Under the pieces are notes generated by a model, which saw only the letters and a program-made list of their open reading frames with translations, was not told where the DNA came from and searched no databases. The position numbers and the translations under genes are program-made. A DNA stretch of 64,000 nt from Vulcanimicrobiota bacterium. Its GTDB lineage: Bacteria; Vulcanimicrobiota; Vulcanimicrobiia; Vulcanimicrobiales; Vulcanimicrobiaceae. The stretch lies in the NCBI GenBank assembly GCA_963723515.1, contig CAVRQT010000001.1:64001-128000 (forward strand), written 5' to 3'. Positions 52,841 to 64,000 of this stretch are shown in pieces (position 1 is the first letter of the stretch; each line of letters opens with the position of its first letter).

Positions 52841-53620
52841 CTAAGAGATGCCGGCTAACGCGTGCGGCAGCCATACCGGATGCGCGACGATCAGCACCGC
52901 CCATACGATGAGCACAATACCGACGGCGGGCACGATCCGCTTGCCGTGCGCGCCGATCTTTTCGTAAACCATCAGCGCGGTGAGCGCAGCCATCCACCAC
53001 AGATTGGCAAAACCCGCCGCAAAACTGACCAACATCAGCGCCCAGCAGCAGCCGACGCAGAATAATCCGTGATCGCGGCCGAGCGCAAATGCCGCGGCGA
53101 CTCCGCGGCGGTAATGTTGCAGTAAGTACACGCCGGGAAGCCGGCACTTAGTCAAGCAGGCGTCTTTGAGTTTGGAGAATTGAAATGCGCCCGCAATCGC
53201 GAGCACGCCGGCGGCGATGAGCCAGGGATGCGCTGCCAGCCAACTCCACCGATCGACGAGGCGATGGACGACGATATCGCCGCAGAAAGCGGCAACGCCG
53301 AACCCCGTCCAGACCGCCACATAGCCGCCAAGAAACGCGGTCATTACCGTGCCGCGGTTAGGTTGAGTTGCCGATGTCGTCGCAAACATCCGCATCAGCG
53401 GAAGGCTTGAGGGCAGCATCATGGCGGCGATCATTGCTTGCCAGGCGAGCACGAACAGCAGAAGAGCGACCCAAATCGGCAGGCCGCCTTCGATCAGCGT
53501 ATCGTGGTGGACGAGTCTGCCGGAGCCGCTGATCTGCGCTACGATCGCCAGTGCCCAAGCCGCGGCGATCGCAGCGATGATCAGAGGAGAGATTCCGCCG
53601 ACGCGTGCCGCGCCGAGCAT
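52841..53620 (-). CDS. DUF2182 family metal-binding membrane protein
   Basis: AMMLPS, FQFSKLKDACL..CR and GLFCVGCCWALM motifs. Confidence 0.88.
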   Translation of the reverse strand: MLGAARVGGISPLIIAAIAAAWALAIVAQISGSGRLVHHDTLIEGGLPIWVALLLFVLAWQAMIAAMMLPSSLPLMRMFATTSATQPNRGTVMTAFLGGYVAVWTGFGVAAFCGDIVVHRLVDRWSWLAAHPWLIAAGVLAIAGAFQFSKLKDACLTKCRLPGVYLLQHYRRGVAAAFALGRDHGLFCVGCCWALMLVSFAAGFANLWWMAALTALMVYEKIGAHGKRIVPAVGIVLIVWAVLIVAHPVWLPHALAGIS

Positions 53621-53622
53621 CT

Positions 53623-54288
53623 CTAGCCCGAGTAGTTTATGACGTAATCGCCCTGGATCGCGTTGCGGTCTTTAAAGGACCACACCATCTTATGTTGCGG
53701 GATGTTGACTTCGTGCTTCTTCGCTTTCGCAACATATGCCGGCGAGCCGGGAATCGTCGAAAAGATCGAGTCGCGCAGCGTTGTGATGACGTTCTGTCCG
53801 GAACGATAGGGCTCCATGTCTGCTTCGATCATGTCGCCGACTTTGAGCGTGCCTTCGCCGCCGCGGACTTGATGCGAGATCGGCACTCGCTCGACGCCGA
53901 TTACTTCGCCGACCAGTTGCGCAAGATCCGCAAGCGGACCGCCGAGTTTTCCGGAGTACGCGTCTTGCAGCGCCTGCAGTTGCTCATCGGTCGCGTCGTC
54001 ATCGACGAGCATCAACACCTTCCAAGTGTGCGGCGCTAAAACGTTGCCGGGAATCTTGCAGACGTTGACCATCGAAAGTCCGCTGATGTCGACGCCGTTG
54101 ATCTTTCCTTTGTCAAAGTGGTACGCGACGAATGCGTCGCAGGTGCCCTTGTCCGGATCTTCGCCGATCCAACACGGGCAAAGCACGTTGCATGAACACG
54201 CTTCCAAGAGCGTCCCTTGAAGACTGTAGACGGTGCCCTCGGTTCCGGGTTTGACTTGCGTTGCAGTCGTGGATTGCGTGGTGGTCAT
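53623..54288 (-). CDS. DUF1326 domain protein
   Basis: EACSCNVLCPC...C motif; canonical partner of DUF2182. Confidence 0.88.
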   Translation of the reverse strand: MTTTQSTTATQVKPGTEGTVYSLQGTLLEACSCNVLCPCWIGEDPDKGTCDAFVAYHFDKGKINGVDISGLSMVNVCKIPGNVLAPHTWKVLMLVDDDATDEQLQALQDAYSGKLGGPLADLAQLVGEVIGVERVPISHQVRGGEGTLKVGDMIEADMEPYRSGQNVITTLRDSIFSTIPGSPAYVAKAKKHEVNIPQHKMVWSFKDRNAIQGDYVINYSG

Positions 54289-54432
54289 ATGCCTCTCGCT
54301 CCTCTCTAGAGCTGGACGAAACACGTAAAGTGAGTCGGAAATACGGGCTGCCCGAAAGCAGCCTGTGGAATGCTCGACTGTCCTCTGTCGGAGTATCATA
54401 GCACTCTTGAAGCATGGGGACGAGCCACCACG

Positions 54433-55617
54433 CTAGCGGCGGCCGCCGGCCATCTTCACCGCTTCCGGCCGCCGCCTCAACGCCAGCATCGAGCACGCGC
54501 CAAGCGCCGGGCCGATCGCCAAGAGCGCGAAGGCGTGCTGCCAGCCGAAGCGGATGTGGGCGACGCCGATCAGCCAAATCGTCGCCAGCGTAATCAAGAA
54601 ACCGACGCCCATCTGCAACGTCAGCGCGGTGCCGACGTACGCGCTTTCCGCGAGCTCGGTCACGGCCGCCGAAAATTGGGCGGAATCCGCGATGACCGAA
54701 AATCCCCAAATGACCAGCGCCGTGAACACGATCCACGGCGCCATCCCAAAGGTGAAGCCGATCGTCAGCGACAGCGTTCCGCTCACAATCATTGCGGCCG
54801 CCGCAACGGCCGCTCGCCCGAGTCGATCCGCGAGAATGCCGGCGATCGTGCATCCGATGGCGCCGACGACGCCGAAGGCGATGAAGATGTAGGGGCCGGC
54901 ATGCGCTTGCGATCCGAACGCAAGCAGACTGGCCTGAAAGAACACCGGCGCCCACGCCCACGCCGCATAGAGCTCCCACATATGGCCCCAATAGCCGCAG
55001 TCTGCAAGCAGTACGGCGCGATCGTTAAGAATGCGGGGGACGGCGTTCAGCTCGAACTTCGTTAATGGAAGTGCGACCGGCGGCCGCGGCAACAACGAGA
55101 TCAGCGGAATGCCGAATACGGCAAGCGCGCTCGAACCGATCATTACCGTCTGCCAATTGATCGCTGCGCCCGACAAGAGATGCGGTGAAAAGGAGCCGAG
55201 CGTCAATGCTCCGATGAGGATTCCCGTCGCAAGGCCGCGTTTTGTTGAAAACCATGCGCTGAGGAGTTTGACCGCCGGCGGATACACGATCGCCAAGCCA
55301 GCGCCCGTCAAGAAGCGCAACAAGAGCGCCGCCGGCAGCGAGTGCGTGAAGGTGATCAGCACGTTCGCGAGCGCAGCGATAAGCATGCCGAAACGCATGA
55401 GAGTCTTTGGCTGGATTACGTCGGGCAATGCGATGACCGAGCTGCCGATCGCGCCCGTTACAAAACCGAGCTGCACGGCAGAGGTGATCCATCCCTGATT
55501 TTGCGGCGCGATGTTGAAAGCAGCTGATACTTTGCCGATGACCGCGGTTGCCGAAAACCAGGTTGCCATCGCAAGAACATTTGCGCCCGCTATAATGGCG
55601 AGCGCTCGCCACCGCAT
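54433..55617 (-). CDS. MFS transporter
   Basis: WFSATAV, YPPAVKL, HMWELYA and IADSAQFSA motifs. Confidence 0.88.
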   Translation of the reverse strand: MRWRALAIIAGANVLAMATWFSATAVIGKVSAAFNIAPQNQGWITSAVQLGFVTGAIGSSVIALPDVIQPKTLMRFGMLIAALANVLITFTHSLPAALLLRFLTGAGLAIVYPPAVKLLSAWFSTKRGLATGILIGALTLGSFSPHLLSGAAINWQTVMIGSSALAVFGIPLISLLPRPPVALPLTKFELNAVPRILNDRAVLLADCGYWGHMWELYAAWAWAPVFFQASLLAFGSQAHAGPYIFIAFGVVGAIGCTIAGILADRLGRAAVAAAAMIVSGTLSLTIGFTFGMAPWIVFTALVIWGFSVIADSAQFSAAVTELAESAYVGTALTLQMGVGFLITLATIWLIGVAHIRFGWQHAFALLAIGPALGACSMLALRRRPEAVKMAGGRR

Positions 55618-55693
55618 TTAAGTTGCTCTCTATAGCCCTCTCTGAGTCGTTCCGAATGGAACGTGCGCCGGGGTTAACAGCGTCCATCCGCCG

Positions 55694-56593
55694 TTGCCAA
55701 TGGAAAGCAGCACGCGCTGCGCACTGGCTTCGGTCAGCAAGCAGTTCACATCCGCTGCGGCCTATCTGCTGCAGCAGCGCGGGAAACTCTCGCTGGACAA
55801 GCCGCTCGCAACCTATGTGCCGACCTACGTCCTCGGACCTCAAATGACGTTGCGTCAAGCGCTCACGATGCGCTCGGGCATGACTTCAAATGATGAAGCG
55901 TGTGAAGGGCCGATCGACGGCAAGATCGACGACGGAACCTTGATCGCCAATCTCAACAAACGGAAGCTCGATTTTCCGCCCGGCCGGTACTTTGCGTACA
56001 GCAACTGCGCGTACGACATGGTGGGCGCTGCAGTCGCTAACGTCGCGCAGATGAGCTACAAGCGCTTTATTGAGGAAAATTTCTTCCGGCCGCTCGGAAT
56101 GACATCATCCTACGTGCTGCGCTCCCGAAGTGATGCGAATTTCGCGCAAGGGTACGCGCCGCAAGGCAACGGCTGGAAGGCAGAACCCGCATCAGCGGCT
56201 GACGCGGCATTTGCCTCCGGAAATCTCGTTTCGACAGTAGGCGATGTGCAGCGGTGGAACCGATCGTTGCTCAACCATACGATCCTCACACCGCAAACGT
56301 TGGATGAGATCTTCAAGGTGCCGACCACGAGCGGTAGCGCACACATGCATTACGCGAGCGGCTGGTTTGTCGAACCGTCCGGATTGGCTTGGCATGGCGG
56401 AACGCTTGCGGGCTACGGTACCCTCAACATGCTCATTCGGTCAACGGGACACGCGATTACGCTGCTGAGCAACACGCCGGCGCAGAAGACCTGGAAGCCC
56501 GAAGAAGTGGGTCGCGCGATGTACAACGCCGCTGCACTCGGGCCGGCGCTGCCGCCGTTCTTGAAGCGCGCCCGCACGACGGCATCGCAGTAA
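55694..56593 (+). CDS. Serine hydrolase (beta-lactamase/class C-like), apparently N-terminally truncated
   Basis: ASVSK (SxxK) only about 11 aa after the start; YSN and HGG motifs. Confidence 0.7.
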   Translation: MPMESSTRCALASVSKQFTSAAAYLLQQRGKLSLDKPLATYVPTYVLGPQMTLRQALTMRSGMTSNDEACEGPIDGKIDDGTLIANLNKRKLDFPPGRYFAYSNCAYDMVGAAVANVAQMSYKRFIEENFFRPLGMTSSYVLRSRSDANFAQGYAPQGNGWKAEPASAADAAFASGNLVSTVGDVQRWNRSLLNHTILTPQTLDEIFKVPTTSGSAHMHYASGWFVEPSGLAWHGGTLAGYGTLNMLIRSTGHAITLLSNTPAQKTWKPEEVGRAMYNAAALGPALPPFLKRARTTASQ

Positions 56594-56607
56594 CGATTGA
56601 TTAAAAG

Positions 56608-57120
56608 ATGAAACTTCTTGTACCGCTGGCAGTGCTGATCGTCGCGGCCGCTGCGGCAGCGCTGGGCGCCACGCTTCCACAGAAAATCGTAATCTCGCGG
56701 ACGGTCGTGAATCGTTACTTTCCCGAAGTGACGCGCGTTGCGTTTACCGGCGCAAACTCGACGGCCGTCGGCAAAACAACGGCAACGCGCAGCGTCATCT
56801 ACGCGAACGGCAGTGCATCGAAGAAAGTTACGATTACGGTCGATCGGTACGCGTCGTCAGGCGACGCGATCTCCGCCTACGCGCAAGCGTTGAAGAAGAG
56901 CAATATCCCCGGTTTCAAGCCACTTTCCGTGCCGAGCATTGGGGAGCGGTCCTTCGGCGGCACCGTAAGCCGGGGTCAGGAAACGCACGTCGGCATCGGT
57001 TCGCTCGACGGTAAGCTGATTGTCGGAGCGACGATCGCGGGCTACGCCGCGACGCGAAGCAATATCACGAAGCTCGTTTCCATCCTTCGCGCCGAGCACG
57101 CAATCGCTAAAGCGCTATAA
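56608..57120 (+). CDS. Hypothetical secreted protein
   Basis: Signal peptide MKLLVPLAVLIVAAAAAALG. Confidence 0.6.
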   Translation: MKLLVPLAVLIVAAAAAALGATLPQKIVISRTVVNRYFPEVTRVAFTGANSTAVGKTTATRSVIYANGSASKKVTITVDRYASSGDAISAYAQALKKSNIPGFKPLSVPSIGERSFGGTVSRGQETHVGIGSLDGKLIVGATIAGYAATRSNITKLVSILRAEHAIAKAL

Positions 57121-58285
57121 TCCTTTCTTCGTCGTTTCGAACGGAACGTTTGTCGGGGTCATGATTCGCGCGATGTCGCGGAAGATCGCGTTTGCGACGC
57201 CGGGTGCAGGCGTACTTTTTTGCACGTCTACCCAGTCAACGATGAAGATGCGTTTGCTCGGAAAGTAATAATCGCCGGTATTGTAGCCGGGCAATCCACC
57301 TGTATAGCCGAACCAGCCGGCGCTACAGCCGAGACCTAATCCGAAAGCGAGATTTCCGTCACCGGTTGGAATGCAGTTCATCAGCGCGCGGTACGTCGCC
57401 GGCTTGCTGACTTTACCGGTCACGTAGTCGGTGATCCAGCGTTTGATGTCTGGCATATCCGAAATCATCGCGCCCGCGGCGCCCATCAGCGAAACGGGAA
57501 TCGTGCCGCTGACATCTTCCCAATTGCGGTTCTTATCAAGTCCATAACCGTGCGCCCAAGGACCGGGCATCGCTTGCGTGTCGGGATAGAACGTCTGATA
57601 GAGGCCTAACGGTTCGATCAATCGCTTGCGGATCTGGTTGCCCACGGTATCGTGCGTCAACCTCTCGATGATCAGCCCGAGAATCAGATAGTTGGTGTTG
57701 CTGTATTTGTACGCTTTGCCGGGCGCAAAATACGGCTTCTGCTGCACGGCCCAGCCGATCACGGTGCGCGGGTCGAACTTCATCTGCGGCGTGACGTTCA
57801 TCTTATTGAACTGCGGGGAATCATATGCTTCGAAGAGCCCACTGCGCATTTCGCAGAGTTCGCGGACGGTAATATGATTCGCGTTCGGAACTTTGACGCC
57901 GATCGGAAAACGCGAGAGCGGATCGTCGAGCTTCAGCTTTCCTTCGTCAACTAACTGCAGTATCGTCCCCACGACGAAGGTCTTTGTATTGCTGCCGATG
58001 CGAAAATGATCGTCCGAAGACAACGGTCGTTTCTTCGCCACATCTGCAAAACCGAACCCGTGGACGTATGAACGCCCGGTGCCGTCCCAAATCCCGATCA
58101 ACACGCCCGGAACCGGCGTGCGACCACCGTACAGTTTACGCTCTTTTTGAACCGCTGCGTCGATCGCGGATATCGTTGAAGCGCTCAATGTCGTCGCTGC
58201 CGGCGGCGTACTTGCACGTGACAACGCTCGATGAAGCAATTGCAGCCATCAGGAGAAGGCTGCCCATCAGGGCAAATAGTCTCAT
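57115..58285 (-). CDS. Serine hydrolase (D-Ala-D-Ala carboxypeptidase/beta-lactamase family); frameshift near 58215
   Basis: RIGSNTK, YSNTNY and GYTGGLPGY motifs; signal peptide in the adjacent frame. Confidence 0.87.
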
Positions 58286-58300
58286 GTAAGGTCTCCTATC

Positions 58301-59788
58301 TCATTTCGCGCGTGGCGTGAAGATCAGCGTCGCATGCGGATAATCGAAGTGAAGCTTGGCAAGTCCCTTCAAGAAGTCGTAGCCCAGCAGCGCGTCGTGT
58401 TCGGTTCCAAAAGACGCCGTGCACGCATTCGGCTTATCGTAAACGATCGGCCCGATGCTCATGTCGTCCAGCGTTCCGCATCCGCCCAGAACGCCGGCAG
58501 CGCTCATATGCAGACCATACTTGTTGACGAGATCCTCGGAGATCAGGACGAATCTTGGATCGCCGGTGTCAAGCGTAGCGTTGACCGTCGTGCTCTTCCC
58601 TTGCACGTACATTACAGTCGATGGCGTACCGTTGCTTAAATCGACGCCGATATGGACGCCGGCAACAGATGCGGTGTCCACGGTGCGCGGATCCTGAAGT
58701 TGCAGCGTCGTGTGTTCGAAGTCCAGCGTCGTGAATGCCGCGGCGAACAGTGTGTAACCGATGAGCCCATCCGGCCCTTCCATGTCCAGCGGCGGCTGTC
58801 CGAAATAGAGTTTGACGTCATGCAGTTCGTTGCCGCCAAGTTCCAACGTGCGCGCGGTTCCGACGTCGATCTTCTCGATGCCATGCAATGTCGTGCCTCG
58901 GAATGTCCAGTGGCTACTAAGCCGGCGCGGCGCGCGAATGCGCCGGTTAAGAAGATGCTGGCGGCGCCTGAATCGAGCACGAAGTTTCCGTCGGCGCCGT
59001 TGACCCGCGCATTGACGATCACACGCCGTAGCGTGAGCCGGATCGGGAACGGTTTGGGGTCCTTGAATTCCCAGCGAGCCGTTTGCGCCGGCGGATGCAA
59101 ATCCTGACCGGTAAGATGGGTGTTCAACTTGATGTCGGTGATCGCAGCAACACGCCGGCTCGAATCGAATTTCCAATGATTGATGAAACGCCGATTCCCA
59201 ACTGATTGGTAATCGATGACCTGAATCGCTCGCTCGCCCTCGCCTTTGGGGTCGATGACGAGTCCACCGTACGCGCCGCTCTCTGGATCGACATAGATTT
59301 CCATCGGAAATGAAGCCGGCTGCTCGACGCGGACCACGACATACGATTTGTCCCAGCGCCGCTCAGTACGAACGACGCTCCAGGGAAGTTGGGTCACGGC
59401 GTCCGTAAAGAAAAGATCTTCCGCGAGCAATCTCTTCGCGGCATTACCGATGATTGGAACCGTGAATCCATTTTCGTCGGAATACCAAAAGAGATTGCCG
59501 GTAAAGCCGGCGGCCGAATCAGTCCCCGCGCGCACGTCATGAGAATCGACTCGATAGAGCGCGCCGATGCGGCGAACGCGCTGCGTCACTTCAGTTGTGC
59601 CGTCGCGCGTGAAGGTCTGCGTCATTTCGGACACCGTTGTCTGTGGGTCGCCGAATTGCCAACCGATGTACGCTTTGTGCTTGGCAAGCAGCGACGACGC
59701 GTCGTCCGCTGCAGAAACGGCTGATACCGCCAACCGACAACGGTAAGGCGAAAAAACAGAAGAGGAGACGCCTCAAAAGTGGCTGCAT
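58301..59788 (-). CDS. Secreted two-domain retropepsin-like aspartyl protease; frameshifts near 59735 and 58895
   Basis: FVLDSGA...GLIG and ATLDTG...LLGYDF motifs. Confidence 0.75.
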
Positions 59789-59891
59789 CGGTGGCTGGAA
59801 TTCTTAGCAGCAGCCGGTCCGGCGACCCTCTCATCGAGTCTTAATCGACTCTCCGGATGTTGTCAGGAATCAGCCGTATTCTGATCCTGCC

Positions 59892-61518
59892 ATGATTAGA
59901 AACTTAGGTCTGCCGCAGCCGATTATCGCGTCGCTGCCGCGCTTTCCCGACCTCATCAACGCGATAAAACGCCATCGGATCATCGCAGGAGCGGTCGCCA
60001 TCCTGCTCGTTATCGCACTCCTATCCGGCATCATCGTTCGGGTGCGTTCAGGCGCATCGGCTGCGTATGTCACGCAACCGGTCGTGCAGGCGGATTTGAC
60101 GCAAACCGTGACCGCCTCGGGCACGGTCAACCCGCAAAATACGATCAACGTCGGCACGCAAGTTTCCGGAACGATCTCTGCGATCTATGTCGACTACAAC
60201 AGCCACGTGAAGAAAGGCCAAATTCTTGCGCGTCTGGATCCGGCGCAGTTACAGGCGCAGATGCAGCAGGCGCAAGCCGCGCTCGCTCAGGCGCAGGCGC
60301 AGGCCGACGCTGCCGGAGCGACGGCCGAGGGAAACGCAACGGCCATAACGGTCGCGCAGGAAAACGGTGCCGCACAGGCAGCCAACGCGCAAGCAGCGCA
60401 GGCCGCGATCGCGACAGCGGATGCCAACATCACGAAGTCACAGAGCGCACTGCAGGTCGCAAACCTCACCGTTCAGCGTGACAAAGCGCTCTTAGCGCAA
60501 GGCTACATCCCGCGCAGCCAGTACGATACGGACCAGTCGAGTGCCGTCGCCGCGCAAAGCGCCCTTGAATCAGCGAAAGCGGCAGTCACTCAGGCGCAGG
60601 CGCAAGCGAGCGCCGGCGCAAGTCAGGCTGCAGCAAGCGGTGCGCAAGCGATCCAAGCCGGATCGACTGCTGCGGGATCAGCAGACACCGCGCGTGCGGC
60701 GCAAGCTGCCGTCGGTGCCGCGCAAGCGCAAGTCGAACAGGCGCAATACAACTTAGATCGCAGCGTCATCACCTCGCCGGCGGACGGAACCGTCATCAAT
60801 CGCGGCATTTCTGTCGGGCAAACTGTCGCCGCGAGTTTCCAGACGCCCAACGCTGTTCACGATCGCGCAAGACGTCCGCAAAATGGAAGTCGACATCGCG
60901 GTCGGCGAGCCGGATATCGGCAATGTGCGGCCTGGAGATTCGGTCAGCTTTAACGTGCTGGCCTATCCAAATCAAACATTTCGCGGTGTCGTCTCGCAGG
61001 TACGTGAGAATCCGACAACCGTGCAGAACGTCGTGACGTACACCGTCATCACGCTGGTCAACAATCCGAAGAACCAATTGCTGCCCGGCATGACGGCCAA
61101 CGCCACGATCGGCGTCGCAACGGCGCACAATGCGCTCGTTGTGCCCACGCAAGCACTCGCGTTCCGGCCTGCCGGCCGCGGTACGACTCATCATGGCAAC
61201 TCCGCCGCTCACGTTGCATCAGGCGGTGCGGGTTCGCCGTGGGGGCAGACGGCCGCGAGTGCGGGCGGCAGCGCGGCTGCCGGCAACACCGGTGTCGTGT
61301 TCGTTCAGAACGGTCGTACGTTAACGCCGGTCCGTGTAAAGATCGGCCTCATTAGCGGCACGCAAGCGGCAGTCACACCGTTGCGCGGAACGCTGCAAGC
61401 CGGCGACAATGTCGTCATCGGCCAAGCGAATGCGCAAAGCACTGCATCGACGACGCGTACCGCCGGCGCTCCGGGAGGACCGGGCGGCATCGGCGGCATC
61501 GGAAGGGCGTTGCACTAA
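59892..61518 (+). CDS. Efflux periplasmic adaptor (MacA-like); frameshift near 60850
   Basis: TVTASGTVNP..VGTQVSG, Ala/Gln coiled coil, GQTVAASFQTP and LLPGMTA motifs. Confidence 0.88.
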
Positions 61519-62216
61519 TGGCTGTCGTCAATGTCGAAGGCCTGCAGAAGACGTACGAGCTGGGAACACAGCGCGTCAATGCACTGGCTGGAGTCAACTT
61601 ACAGATCGAGCCGGGCGAATTTGTCGCCGTCATGGGACCGTCCGGCTCCGGAAAATCAACCTTCATGCACATCGTCGGTTTGCTCGATGAGCCAAGCGCA
61701 GGCCGCTACATCTTTGAAGGCAACGACGTCTCGAAGTTGAGCGCCGACCAGCGCGCGGACATTCGCAGCCGCCGCCTCGGGTTCGTCTTCCAAGCCTACA
61801 ATCTGTTGCCACGCACGAGCGCCATCCAAAACGTCGAGCTGCCGATGGTGTATGCGGGAATACCTGAGCCGGAGCGGCAGCGCACTGCGATCGAGATGAT
61901 GGAGATCGTCGGCGTCGCGAATTTGCGCGATCACGCTCCGAATCAGATGTCGGGCGGACAACAGCAGCGCGTCGCGATTGCGCGAGCGCTCGTCAACGAC
62001 CCCGGCTTGATTCTCGCCGACGAACCGACAGGCGCGCTTGACACAAAGACGTCGCAAGACGTCATGCAGCTCTTTACCAAGCTGAACGAAGAGCGCGGCA
62101 TCACGATCTTGCTCGTGACGCACGAGCAAGATATCGCGGCCTACGCAAAGCGCATCGTCTCATTTCGTGATGGCCAGATCATCGGCGATCATAGCAGAGA
62201 GAAGGTGGCGGCATGA
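61518..62216 (+). CDS. ABC transporter ATP-binding protein (MacB/LolD-like)
   Basis: GPSGSGKS, MSGGQQQR and DEPTGALD motifs. Confidence 0.93.
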   Translation: MAVVNVEGLQKTYELGTQRVNALAGVNLQIEPGEFVAVMGPSGSGKSTFMHIVGLLDEPSAGRYIFEGNDVSKLSADQRADIRSRRLGFVFQAYNLLPRTSAIQNVELPMVYAGIPEPERQRTAIEMMEIVGVANLRDHAPNQMSGGQQQRVAIARALVNDPGLILADEPTGALDTKTSQDVMQLFTKLNEERGITILLVTHEQDIAAYAKRIVSFRDGQIIGDHSREKVAA

Positions 62217-63432
62217 AGTTGTCAGCCACGATCAAAGTCGCGCTCGATGCGCTCCTGCGTAATCGCGCGCGCTCGCTTCTGACGATGCTGGGCGTCATCA
62301 TCGGCGTCGGTGCGGTCATCGTAACGGTGGCGATCGGCGCGGGCGCGCGGATCTCCGTGCAAAATCAAATCAACAGTCTTGGGAGCAATATGGTGATCGT
62401 ACTTCCGGGAAGCACGACGCAGTATGGAGCACGCAGCGGCCTGGGCGGAGCATCAACGTTGACTCCGGACGACGGGATGGCAATCGCGAAACTGCCCGGC
62501 GTCGCGGCCGTTTCACCGGCGGTCACCGTGCGCTCGCAAGCGGTTTCCGGCGGCAACAACTGGCAAACGACGATTACCGGCGTCGCTCCAAGTTATACGT
62601 TCATTCGAAGCTGGCCGATGGCGTCGGGAGCATTCTTCACGCAAAACGATGTTCTGTCGGCCGCGAAGGTTGCGGTGCTCGGGCAAACGGTCGTTGACAA
62701 TCTCTTTCCCGACGGCTCATCGCCGCTAGGCCGCACGGTGATTATCAAAGGCGTCCCGTTCACAGTTGTTGGAACGCTGGCGCCGCTTGGACAAAGCGGA
62801 ATCGGTCAGGATCAAGACGATACGATCCTCATTCCGTACACTTCCGCGATGGAGCGGCTTAACCGCGCAGACAACCGTAAACTCTTTATCCGTCTCCGCG
62901 AGCAGATGCCCAAGACGTGCAAGCGGTTCAGAGCGCGGTAACGTCGCTTCTCGAAACGCGCCACCATATCGTGCCGCCGCAGCAAGATGATTTTCAGGTT
63001 CGCAACCTGCAAGATATCGCTGCCGCCGCCTCGTCAACAGGCGCGGTGATGGAGTTCTTACTTGCCGGCGTAGCGGCGGTCTCGCTGATCGTCGGCGGCA
63101 TCGGAATCATGAACATCATGCTGGTTTCGGTCACCGAACGCACGCGCGAGATCGGTTTGCGCATGGCGGTCGGAGCGCGCGCGGCGCTGATTCTTCGTCA
63201 GTTTCTCACCGAAGCGATCGTGCTCGCGAGCGCCGGCGGCGTGATCGGCATCATCCTCGGCATCATCGGAACCGAAGCCGTCGCATTGCTCGCCAAGTGG
63301 CCGATGGTCATTCCCCCGGCGTGGATTGCAAGTTCGCTGTTGTTCTCGGCGATGGTCGGTGTCTTCTTCGGCTACTACCCGGCGCGAAAAGCATCGCAGC
63401 TGCATCCGATCGAGGCCCTTCGATTCGAATGA
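62213..63432 (+). CDS. ABC transporter permease (MacB/FtsX-like); frameshifts near 62860-62915
   Basis: RSLLTMLGVIIGV, GGIGIMNIMLVSVTERTREIG and PIEALRFE motifs. Confidence 0.92.
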
Positions 63433-64000
63433 CCGCGCGCATCATGGTCGTGGATGACGAACGTCGTATTCGTGAGTTGCTTGAATTGAGTTTGAGCCAC
63501 CACGGGTACGACGTTCGCAGCGCATCTGATGGACAAGCCGCGCTTACATTAGCCAAAGATTGGGAGCCCGACGTGATCATTCTCGACGTCATGATGCCGA
63601 AGCTCGACGGCATCACGCTCCTGCCGATGTTGCGCCGCTTTACGGAGGCGCCCGTCATCATGCTCAGCGCGAAGGGAGAGATCGACGATAAAGTTGGCGG
63701 TTTGAGTGTCGGTGCCGACGATTATTTGAGCAAGCCGTTCGAGCTGCCCGAACTGCTGGCGCATGTGGACGCAAAGCTGCGTCGCCCGCGAATCGAGCAT
63801 CCCGAGCGTTTACAATACGCGGATCTCGGAGTAGACTGCGAAACTCGCACGGTAACGCGTTCGGGCAGGCCGCTTGACCTCTCGCCTCTCGAGTATAATT
63901 TGCTGCTGACATTCTTGCGCCGTCCGAAGCGCGTCTTCACGCGCGAGGAATTGCTCGATCTTGTCTGGGGCGACGAAGCGGAGGTTTCCGAAGGCGCGGT
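63429..64000 (+). CDS. OmpR/PhoB family response regulator, 3' partial
   Basis: My translation: MTARIMVVDDE...LDVMMPKLDG...GADDYLSKPF...FTREELLDLVWG. Confidence 0.92.
   Translation, partial: MTARIMVVDDERRIRELLELSLSHHGYDVRSASDGQAALTLAKDWEPDVIILDVMMPKLDGITLLPMLRRFTEAPVIMLSAKGEIDDKVGGLSVGADDYLSKPFELPELLAHVDAKLRRPRIEHPERLQYADLGVDCETRTVTRSGRPLDLSPLEYNLLLTFLRRPKRVFTREELLDLVWGDEAEVSEGA

Noticed and set aside
60250..60750. Ala/Gln-rich repetitive DNA
   Set aside because: Ordinary coiled-coil hairpin of an efflux adaptor.

Overview
GC-rich bacterial chromosomal window, mostly housekeeping and metabolic genes. Gene content is consistent with a Terrabacteria soil lineage such as Eremiobacterota/Vulcanimicrobiota (inference only). 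In order: hopanoid hpnK/hpnI, GerMN-amidase-murI, dxs-secG, oligopeptide ABC ATPases, topA-trmFO-hslVU-def-fmt-rsmB running into fhaA-FHA-PP2C-like-rodA, beta-oxidation genes, fumC, two Crp/Fnr paralogues around a DUF6582 gene, udgX, a carbamoyltransferase/glycosyltransferase cluster, DUF1326/DUF2182, serine hydrolases and a MacAB-type exporter. Many genes, including essential topA, carry 1-bp frameshifts that look like long-read errors. I found no tRNA, rRNA, true CRISPR array or transposase. Most notable: (1) a ~25-bp REP-like hairpin family (about 14 copies) found intergenically, nested inside itself, and inserted in-frame in four unrelated proteins; (2) a protamine/histone-tail-like (RKKS[ST]GG)n protein divergent from topA; (3) a PP2C-fold protein that has lost its metal-binding aspartates, inside an FHA-FHA-RodA cluster with no kinase; (4) a ~166-bp MITE-like palindrome that supplies the fhaA stop codon.
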